A DNA stretch of 63,485 bases, the filler included, from Collodictyon triciliatum (Eukaryota), in assembly GCA_043381765.1 (NCBI GenBank). It is 8 parts of 8 records of this genome, joined end to end, with 100 filler letters (N's around TTAATTAATTAA, not from the genome) between each part and the next. Parts side by side here need not be neighbours in the genome. Positions count along the whole stretch, not along the records: positions 34,792 to 46,271 come from JBHJMP010002396.1; positions 46,372 to 57,849 come from JBHJMP010002397.1; positions 57,950 to 60,416 come from JBHJMP010002406.1; 5 more parts are not named here. One strand, written 5' to 3'. This document shows, in pieces, positions 42,501 to 58,542 of this stretch. Positions within the stretch are counted from its first letter, which is position 1. Each line of letters begins with the position of its first letter. The notes under the pieces are model-generated. The model was not told the DNA's origin. It made no database searches and saw only the letters and a program-made list of their open reading frames with translations. A program made the position numbers and the translations under genes.

Positions 42501-45500
42501 CATTAAAGCAATCGCTGGATATTTTCATGTCTGCCTTGGGTGAAAATCATCCGAATGTTGTGGCCTGCTATGAGATGATTGGAGACATCAGCCATGATTT
42601 GAAGGAGTATCTCTTTTTATAAATTATTTTTAATATTTAATTGAAAACAATAATGTATTTACTCACATTATCCTAGCTTTAAGGATGCTCTGGAGGCCTA
42701 TACAAAGACGCTGGATATTCGCGTGAGAACACTGGGCGAAAGACATGCTGATTATGCTACTTCCCTGGAGAATGTTGGCCGAACAAACTTTGAGCTTCAA
42801 AGGTAGATTTCTCTATTATATTCATTAATCGAATATTTTTATTAATAGTTATAAAAAACAATACAAATATGAACTAATATGCATGCATTTAGATTGGACC
42901 AAGTCGTTGAATACTTCCATAAGGCAGCTGCTATCAGAAAGGAGACAAAGACTATCATATCACTGAAAGTTGGTTTACAGATTGACAACATTATCCGATT
43001 CATGAAGGATAAGAAAGAGCACGAAATCGCTTCTTATATGTACAAAAAGCTTATGCATTTATTCAGCAAGCTTTACTCCATGGATTATCTTGGACTATGG
43101 AACAGCTGCAAGGAAATTGACAAGATTTACAAGAAACTGAAGCAGCATAACGAAGCTGTGGCATTCTGGACTGAGATGAGAGACATGTTTGCTGATAAAC
43201 TCGGATGGATTCACCCCAGAACATTAAACTCGTGCGAATACTTGTCCGTCCATTCAAAGGAAATCGGAATCAACAAAGAGCCTACCGAGTTTATAAGAGT
43301 CAAGGAATTCATCAGTGAAACTCTTGATGATGCAAAACTAGATGAGGAGTGGAATTGTGAGCAAATAATTGTATTATCATTCAGAATTGTCTACATGTCA
43401 AAGACTGATGAAAGCAAATCAAAGGCTGCGTCTGATGCAATTACACTTTTGAATTTCATGAAAGTTTCGTTCGGTGGAATGGATTTATCAAACATCAAAA
43501 TTCCACATGCAAATCTCAGTAACTCAATCCTTGACGGTGCAAACTTCGCTGGTGCCAACTTGTATGGCGTTGATTTCACAAATTCGATGCTTGGTGATTG
43601 TGTTTTTGACAATCCGAATATGAGTAATGTGAAATTTGGATTTCTGAATGATAAATTTGAAGGACATACAGATCGTGTCATGAGTGTTTGCAGTTTTCAA
43701 GGACCGAATTGTGAAGATTGGCTGGCTTCTGGAAGTAGAGATAAAACAATACGCATTTGGGATGTAGCCACAGGGAAACAAATCAAAACATTAAATGGAC
43801 ATACAAACGACGTCTGGAGTATCTGCAGTATTCAAGGACCGAATGGTGGAGATTGGCTGGCTTCTGGAAGTAGAGATAAGACAATACGCATTTGGGATGT
43901 AGCCACAGGAAACCAAATCAAAACATTAAATGGACATACAAATTCTGTTATGAGTGTTTGCAGTATTCAAGGACCGAATGGTGAAAAGTGGCTGGCTTCT
44001 GGAAGTATGGATAAAACAATACGTATTTGGGATGTAGCCACAGGAAATCAAATCAAAACATTAGAAGGTCATGCAGATGGTGTCACCAGTGTTTGCAGTA
44101 TTCAGGGGCCGAATTATGAAAAGTGGCTAGCTTCTGGAAGTTATGATAAAACAATACATATTTGGGATGTAGCCACAGGAAATCAAATCAAAACATTAAA
44201 TAGACATACATGTGAAATCTGGAGTGTTTGCAGTATTCAAGGACTAAACGGTGAAAATTGGTTGGCTTCTGCAAGTGATGATAAAACAATACGTATTTGG
44301 AATGTGGCCGCAGGAAACCAAATCAAAGAATTAATAGGTCATACAAAAGGTGTCAGAGGTGTTTGCAGTATTCAAGGGCCGAATGGTGAAAGGTGCTTGG
44401 CTTCTGGAAGTGATGATAAAACAATACGTGTTTGGGATTTGGCGACAGGAGACGAAATTAATAAACTAGAAGGTCATACAGAATCTGTCAGTAGTGTTCG
44501 TAGTATTCAAGGACCGAATGGTGAAAGTTGGTTGGCTTCTGGAAGTGATGATAAAACATTACGTATTTGGGATATAGCCAGTGGAAACGAAGTTAAAATA
44601 TTAGAAGGTCATACAAGTAATGTCACTAGTGTTTGCAGTATTCAAGGACCGAATGGTGAAAATTGGTTTGCTTCTAGAAGTAATGATAAAACAATTCGTA
44701 TTTGGGATGTAGCCACAGGAAACCAAACACACAGCCTACAAAAATCAAAAGTAACCTGCACCCAAGGAAAATATCTTGTCAACAAAGAAAAGCCAGACGA
44801 AGTCATCGCAGTATTCAACAGAACAAGTGATGCGATGAACATGATTGATTCCAACAGAATCCAAGATTCAAAGACAGTCCAGATTATCGGCCCAAGAAAG
44901 CTGCAGGGTGGAAACATCCAAATTAGAAATGTCACAGGGTTGAGTCGATTCAACAAAACCATTCTACTTACAATCGGAGCTGCTTCCTTTGATACAGGCT
45001 TTGCTTCCTATTGTGAGCAGGGTAAGTTCACCAAGTTCCAGGCTCAAATGATGGCTGAGTGCTATGAGAATGGATGGGGTATTGAGGAAGACATCGAGAA
45101 GGCAGCTGGGTGGTTTATAAAGGCTGGAAACTTGGAAAAACCGAAGCAACTCGCACAACAAGGTTCAAAAGAGGTATTCAATGTTTTGAAAGAAATGGCT
45201 GACGTGAAGGAAAATATCATGGACATATGGAGAAGAAAAATTGGTGAAAAACACAAATATCCGAAGGCTGTTTCCATCGTTGCAGAATGCTACGAGAATG
45301 GATGGGGTGTTGAAAAAGACACCATGAGAGCAACTGAGTTGTTTGGAAGGACTGAAAACTTTGACAAGCTGAAGGAACTTGCACAACAAGGCTCAAAAGA
45401 GGCATTCAATATTTTGAAAAAAAAGGCTGAAATGAAGGATAACGTTGGTAGATATGATGAAAAATGCAAATATCCACAGGCTGTTTCCATCCTTGCAGAA

Positions 45501-45776
45501 TGCTATGAGAATGGATGGGGTGTTGAAAAAGACACCATGAAAGCAACTGAGTTGTTTGGAAGGACTGAAAACTTTGACAAGCTGAAGGAACTTGCACAAC
45601 AAGGCTCAAAAGAGGCATTCAATGTTTTGAAAGAAATGGCTGAAATGAAAACATGGGATAAAAAACTCAAATATCCACAGGCTGTTTCTATTGTTGCTGA
45701 ATGCTATGAGAATGGATGGGGTGTTGAGAAGGACACCGAGAAAGCAGCTGAATGGAGACAGAAAGCCTCAGCTTAA
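36528..45776 (+). CDS. NLR-like STAND protein: CH domain - DUF4062 - NACHT/AAA-like NTPase (NPHP3/TEP1-type) - TPRs - pentapeptide repeats - 8 WD40 - 4 SEL1-like repeats
   Basis: CH-like VLEWVNHHL..DDLMDGFFLAMLIEAVTGK; DUF4062 IRVFLSSTFRDMQKERD..IDLRWG..CPYFVCSLGARYGWIP..SVTEYE|IQHA; Walker A AESGIGKS; Walker B FVFLIDAINQI; GHPLYLRIILDEVRVFG; 42-aa TPRs (LGENHP type); terminal coding exon 42893-45776. More than 20 introns in the 5' two-thirds; phases of exons at 37.1-37.5 kb not fully resolved. Confidence 0.88.
43662..44726 (+). repeat. Eight tandem 135-nt (45-aa) high-identity WD40 coding repeats
   Basis: GH codons at 43662, 43797, 43932, 44067, 44202 (RH), 44337, 44472, 44607; consensus GHTxxVxSVCSIQGPNGExWLASGSxDKTIRIWDVATGNQIKTLx. 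Confidence 0.97.
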
Positions 45777-47088
45777 CAAGGTAAGTATCATAATAAATAC
45801 ATATTGATATATGTTCGTTAACTATAATCATTTTAGATGGAGAGATTCTCTGGGTTTTTTTCAAGCAGACCTCCGCTTTTTTCCCACAAGGACGCTCCAT
45901 GAAAACAGAATAAAACCATAAAAATGAAAGCAAAGCTGATCAATCTGTTGAATCCATTTTTCCTTTTTCGTTTTTCCTTTTTCTTTTTTTCTTTTTTCCT
46001 TTTTTTTCTTTTTCTTTTTTCCTTTTCTTTTCTTTTTTCCTTTTCTTTTCTTTTTTCCTTTTCTTTTCTTTTTTCCTTTTCTTTTCTTTTTTCCTTTTTT
46101 TTCTTTTTCTTTTTTCTTCTTTTCTTTTTCTTTTTTCTTCTTTTCTTTTTCTTTTTTCTTCTTTTCTTTTTCTTTTTCTTCTTTTCTTTTCTTTTCTTTT
46201 TTCTTCTTTTCTTTTCTTTTCTTTTTTCTTCTTTTCTTTTCTTTTCTTTTTTCTTCTTTTCTTTTCTTTTCNNNNNNNNNNNNNNNNNNNNNNNNNNNNN
46301 NNNNNNNNNNNNNNNTTAATTAATTAANNNNNNNNNNNNNNNNNNNNNNNNNNNNNNNNNNNNNNNNNNNNAATAAAAAATAAAAAATAAAAAATAAAAA
46401 ATAAAAAATAAAAAATAAAAAATAAAAAATAAAAAATAAAAAATAAAAAATAAAAAATAAAAAATAAAAAGAGAAGAAAAGAAAAAGAGAAGAAAAGAAA
46501 AAGAGAAGAAAAGAAAAAGAGAAGGAAAGAAAAAGAGAAGGAAAGAAAAAGAGAAGGAAAGAAAAAGAGAAGGAAAGAAAAAGCAAAAAAAGCAAAAAAG
46601 CAAAACCAATAAACGAATAAATGGAACATGAATAATCTTAAACAAAAAAACTGTGCGTTGTGAGTTCCAAAGGGCAATCCAACTTTTTGGAAGAGAGGAG
46701 AGGAAAGAGGGCATACATGAATCAGGTTACAGTATAAAACAGAAATTAGGGAAGCAATCACCTCCATGTGATATTTCATTTTTTGATAGATTTTCCCCTC
46801 CAACTCCATGCTTTATCACAACCCCATAAAACCCAACCGAAAGTAATCAAGAGACATACAAAACTCATCCACATATATTGAGACATTCGTTTATTTCTCT
46901 TCGCTGCTGAATACAGGCTTCTGCAATCTGTTCCGTGCGCTGACAGATGGTTCTGTAGACGCCTAAGTGTTATAATTGCTCTTTCATTTCATATTGTAGT
47001 GCGATTGACAAATAATATCAAAGCAATACCAAAACTCGCAGCAATCAAATCTTGAGGAGAAGCCTCCGGACTGCAGTAGAACATGAAA

Positions 47089-50000
47089 TCACAATCCGGA
47101 GCCTTCCAAGTGCGCTTGAGTTCGCGTTGGTGTCTCTTTTTCATTCAACCGGGTCATATGGGGTTGTATGTCTCTGGTGATTACAGTATCTGTTTCTCTT
47201 CGTTCAACCAATTTTGTAACCCGAGAAATCTCTGCTCTGTTCTTTGTAAACACCACCGCCCCGATGGTCAGAAAACCTGCTAACCCGACGCATCCGAGCA
47301 AACCGTAAAGAAGCTTCATGAACATTCCTCCACCTTAAATATTGAACATTAATAGACCGAAAAGCTTAAAAGTTATTGTTGAATGATTTAAATAAGATTT
47401 TCCAATACTGGCACTGGTACGTATGAATATACAATTCACCTTGGTGCTCGTTTCTGCCGCTGAAAATTCCGATGTTTTTAAGTCTGCCATCCGCGATGGC
47501 GCTCTCTAAGTCAGCTGCAATCTTTGACGGCTTATTTTCAAGGATGTAAATCAGCATAAATCCGCAATTCGATAGCATATAAAAAAAATTACAATGTTTC
47601 TGAAAGCCTCGAATATACGTTTTTTTTTTTTTTTTGTTCTAACGTATGATTATAAATATATTACCTCCCACTCATTCGATTCACAGACGCTCACCGACAA
47701 AGCGGGAGAGCCATTCTCAGTCAAAATATCCAAAGGTGACACGTACAGAGAGTTCCTCGGGACACCAAGTTCTTCCGCCACCTTCTCCAATAGGCCATAT
47801 GTTTCCTTTTTAAAGAAGGAATCGTTCTCTAGCAAGTCGAAAAGTGTCTCATTTTCGTTTCTTTCCGATTGAAGCAATTTTGCGAGGGCTGGGTTCTGCT
47901 TCTCTGATATAGGTAAAGTGACCGCTTTTGTACTGGGCCAAAGTCTCTTCGTTATGCTAGTTATGAGTGGATATCCAGATGTAAAGTCGTCTAAATCCAT
48001 AGCCCATACCATACCACCGCCCATACCCCTTGAGATTAGATAATCCACTTTGGCCTCGAGTGAGCTTTGGTTGTCAAAAGAGACCCACTGGTTTCCGAGT
48101 GTGAGAAAAGGGACTCGACGGGCTTTATCGTAAAAAACCCTGGCCTTTCTACTTATCATCGTTTGTATCTCATACCAAGAAAGAAATCCAGCTTCCCCTG
48201 TGATAGTTCCAGCGGTTCCAGGCCCTGATGCCGGAGCTCCCATTTTGCGATTGTTTGGATCCACTAAATGAGGAGTTCAATAATATTTAGGTTAGGCTAG
48301 CAGATTTATAGATATGCATTTATTTTTGTTTGTAATGCGAAATTAAAACTAGTGAATCCGAAAGACAATCACCTAAGGTCCAGGAACGTCCATACGTGGG
48401 CAATCCAAGGACAAGTTTCGATCGAGGGACTCCCTTACATTATGAATGATAGAAATATTCAAAACAATCGGAATCTCATGTGAAATATTTTCTTTTCATC
48501 TCTTAATGAAATCAGAAGAATAAACAAATGCGATACCCCCTTCATCCACGCTTTCACTGCGCTGTCGATATTTAAGGTAGATTGAGGGTCATACAAAGGT
48601 GAGTTTGCACCAGTAACAGACTCCCAAGAGCCATGAAAATCGTAAGTCATCAAATTGATAAAGTCCACTGTGATATTTTGGTATAAGTTTTAGAAACGGC
48701 GGGGTGTTTTCCTCATCATCAAAACCATTAAATGGATTGATTAAATCAAGATGTATTATCGGATGTCTCCATTAAATTGTGTACGATTACTTACAATAGG
48801 GATGTATATTAGGAATATCGTATCCAGCTTTTATTTGCGACAGTCCTGATGGAGCAGCAATTGTGAGAAGCAGCCTCCTTTTCCCCTTTGGTATGGACTC
48901 TGCGTTTATTGCAGCTCGGAACTCTTTCAGAAGCAGGGGAAAATTCTGAAAATCTCTTGCTTGTCCGCCCTACAAGAAAAGGAAATTAATCTATTATGAG
49001 AGATTCAAAGTGACTGCTAAAAAAATCCTATAAAAAACCCTTGGTACGGTTTCAAAGGAGTAATTTCTTCCCTATATTCGATTCAAAGTGCAACAGGGTC
49101 ATGTCATACAAAGAGTTTCAAAGGATAAATAGATAGTCAATATTAGTCAATTCAAGGAGACCTGGTCCGGCCAACCAGGATATTCCCAATCGATGTCTAG
49201 CCCATCGAAATTGTTTTGTCGCAGGAACTTGATTGCATTTGTGATGAATGTGGCTCTATTTTGAGTCGTAGAACACATATCCGAAAATATCGTCTTCGTC
49301 GCTGTGAAGTAATTGAAATTCCATCCACCGATGGAAATCAATGTTCTTAAATGCGGGTATGTAGACTTCAGACTATTCCAGTAGATAATCATTCAATAAA
49401 CATAATATGACAATTAAAAAGCCACACACTATTGAATTGATAGTATATATCTAAACATTCCTGCTAAACATGCCCAAACTCACATATTCCATAAAAAATT
49501 ATTTATGTGACCAAGAGATTCTTGATATAATATATACTTATTGAATCTTTGGTACATCCCTTGGGTGTAATCAAGAATATCGTTCCATTCGTAAGGTTGG
49601 ATGAGCCAAGTGCCAGCCTCAACTTTGGCGAATGCGAAGTTGAGATGAGTGAATAGATTACCATTCACATTCTCGGGAAAGAACTTGTATTTTCCGTTTG
49701 CCGCCGAGCGATACTGTGACCAATTAGTGTAATATCCAATCATTCTCTAGTCGAAGAAGAGATTGTTTAATGTTAAGAGTTATTGATATCAGTAATATAA
49801 TATAAATAATTATCTTGGTTTCTAGGCTCATGCATTTTATATAGTCCAAAAGTATTATGACAAAAAAATTGATGCATTAATGGGTAATTACGTATTTGGA
49901 GCTTAAGGTTGTAATTCGATTCATTTGTTCTAAACCATTAACCCCTATTAACATCGACTCTCCGACCAACTTCGAGCAGCTCTTGCAGTCTTGTGGGCAA

Positions 50001-50801
50001 TTGTTGCAATTTTCCAATTTTTCCTGGCAGATGTTGTCACCACAGAATTCCTTTATTTCAAGTTGCTGATTACCAAGGCTTTCTAAAAAGCCAGTACAGT
50101 TGTGATGTTTTTTTGAAACTAGTGCTCCATCAAAACAAACTGTGCCAGCTTTTCGGGAGAGGAGTTAAATTGTTATCTGATTAGAAAAAAAAAGTTTCGA
50201 TATGGTTAAATTGAAAAAAAAAAAAGAGGGTTTAGTGTGGTATAGAAAACACAAACGAGGTGAAAGTTGAGTTTCTGATGGCCTTTGCTTCTTGCACAAG
50301 TAAAAATGACTACTGCAATCATTTTGGGAGCAAAATAGACCGTCTCTTGAACATTCACTTTTGCGTTCTTTCAAATATTCATCACCAGAGTATTCTCTCT
50401 GAATAGCTGCATTAAATCTAGATGCCTGTGTACCGTGGTTACCACACACTTTTTCATCACTAGGAATCAATGACCCTTCCACACAAATGGTTCCTCCTAT
50501 ATTATAGGTGCACATGTTATGTTATCGTTTGTACCTCCAATTGGTAATATTTTATATTAATTGATTTGCTGTGCTATTTTCCAAAACCATATTCACCCGG
50601 TGATTTATGCTCTGGTGACACCTTCCGGTCATACCCGCAAAAGCGATATAGTCCGGAACAAAGGGAATCATGACAAAACAATAAGTCATCCTCTTGACAA
50701 CTGTCCCCTTCTTTAACAGACTCGTAAGAAATTTTCTCTGCGCCGCAAGTCACCAATAGCATGGAGACAGCAAGAACAACCATACTCTTCCATTTTTTCA
50801 T
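47089..50801 (-). CDS. Type I membrane-anchored GH18 chitinase with N-terminal Cys-rich repeats
   Basis: Signal peptide [21 protein letters not shown]; two Cys-rich repeats; [16 protein letters not shown] motif; [24 protein letters not shown], intact catalytic [57 protein letters not shown]; stop 47089. Confidence 0.93.
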
Positions 50802-51653
50802 TTTTCTTTCCTTCTGACGTTTTGGTATGTGATTTAACTATATATTTGTTTAGTTAGTTTTGCATAATTTAAGAAAGTCTCCTCAAGAAATCACATTTAA
50901 TGGTGATGCACACACATGTCGCTATGTTTCTATCCACTAATCACTGGCTGGGCTGGTCATGTCCTTTAAATACATCTTGAAAATCAAGGGTGAGTCAATC
51001 GTAACATTAAGACACGTACAATCGAGAAACTATGAATTCCATATTATAGCAACACCTGGCACCTATGAATCATTACATGCCTTCTCCTTTTTTTTCCCCC
51101 TTTTTTTAATTCTATTTTATCGCGGGTGCAATCTAGCGCACGTGAGTCTTGTGCTCCGATTCGTTCGCCTCAGGCCAGCCCTGACCAAGAAGGGAAAGCC
51201 AAACATGGACTTTACAAATCATACCAATTTAGGCCAATTGATTTCATCCACATAAATAGAAAAATGACCTAAGAAACCGAATTCGTCCAAAACCCATAAT
51301 AATTTAGTCAGAATGCTTCTTAAAGTGGCGATTTAGGATTTCTCATTCACTCTTATCTGTTCCATCAGCGATGTTGATCGAGCGTTCTTTTCCATTGCGC
51401 CTGATGGTGGAGACATTTGACAACCCAATCAAACTCGAAGCCGACCGCAGAACAGACAAGCGAGACAAACCACATATATTACAAACAACTCACCTGCCCA
51501 CGAAAAAAGAAAAAGAAAAAAAAAGTAACCACAAAATACGAACAAATAACCCACTCACAAGACACATACACGCACACGTTTGACTTGAATCCCAACACAA
51601 AAGGATGTTAAATTGAAAGGAAGAATAAAAAAAAAACACACACACACAAAAGG

Positions 51654-57346
<5,693 letters not shown>

Positions 57347-58542
57347 GTAAGTTAGTCAATACTATGCTCAGCAATTCTTTAATGACATAACCTCGCTACA
57401 CTTTGAATCGAATAAAGGAAAAAAAATGTTCAGCAATTCTTTACGTGAAATAAAACTATGTTGTAAAGTATATTTAATAGCATTATTTTTTTTTTTTTTT
57501 TACATTTGTGCCAAATCATGGGGAAAAAATGCATTCATTTGTTTACACACCTAGACATCATTATTAAATGTGGGGGCATCTTCTGGTCGTAGATATGATT
57601 CGGTATGCATTTTGGCTATACGGAAGATATTTTGAGTTTCACGACTCTTGATGTAATATCCTCTGTTTAAACTCTTCACATTTCTACAAATATGTCTCCT
57701 AACTAAATTGTTTTTTTTTTTTAATAAATAAATAATTCCAATCAGCAATTCGATTTTCATGCTGCTGCTGGTTAGTATAATTAATATAATATATTTCCCT
57801 AAAATCTTCAGACTACAAGTCACTTTTTTTTTTTTTTTTTTTTTCTTTTNNNNNNNNNNNNNNNNNNNNNNNNNNNNNNNNNNNNNNNNNNNNTTAATTA
57901 ATTAANNNNNNNNNNNNNNNNNNNNNNNNNNNNNNNNNNNNNNNNNNNNCCACGTGGATGCAAAAGACCGAGAGCGCAAGCATCGCGGCATACGCCCCGA
58001 TAACCTCCGGTGTTTCCGCCACGGATGCGATCATGTGTGCGATCTGTCTCTGCTTATTTTTTTTGTTTTTTGTTTTTTGTTTTTTGTTTTTTGTTTTTTG
58101 TTTTTTGTTTTTTGTTTTTTGTTTTTTGTTTTTTGTTTTTTGTTTTTTGTTTTTTGTTTTTTATAATCCCTGATTTTAACCATGCGACGCCGTGTGGGCG
58201 ATCCAGAAACAAGTCTGACAAGATAAGCAACCAAGAAGTAGGTCTGAAGCTCAAGTGGCAGACTCTCTTTCCTTTCCACCCTAACCCTTTCCTTTCTCCC
58301 CACAACCAACAAATGCGCGTGATTCTTTTCTCCTCCTTTCATCCTCTCATTCGTTCAATACAAACACTTGTATCTCCACCTGCGAGTTCAACCCTTGTTG
58401 GCAGTCTCGATGCGCTGTGCGCAGGTACAAGTCATCTACTGCAAGACTGAGTCATCGTGCGATGCGGCATCCATGAGCGGGACACGAGTGCGTCTTTTCC
58501 AATATACGTTTCTTTTATTCCGTGCGCCTGCTTGACACATGG

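Noticed and set aside
43662-44726. Diversity-generating retroelement acting on the WD40 repeats
   Set aside because: No adjacent RT or non-coding template repeat is visible, and the variable codons do not show a clear adenine-only pattern relative to any copy.
42879-50801. STAND receptor plus chitinase as a linked anti-fungal defence cluster
   Set aside because: Separated by an artificial spacer between size-sorted contigs, so adjacency is not biological evidence.
57950-58535. Possible 3' exons of a plus-strand gene converging on RFC1
   Set aside because: GT-AG-bounded segments exist but the frame is ambiguous and there is no recognisable homology.
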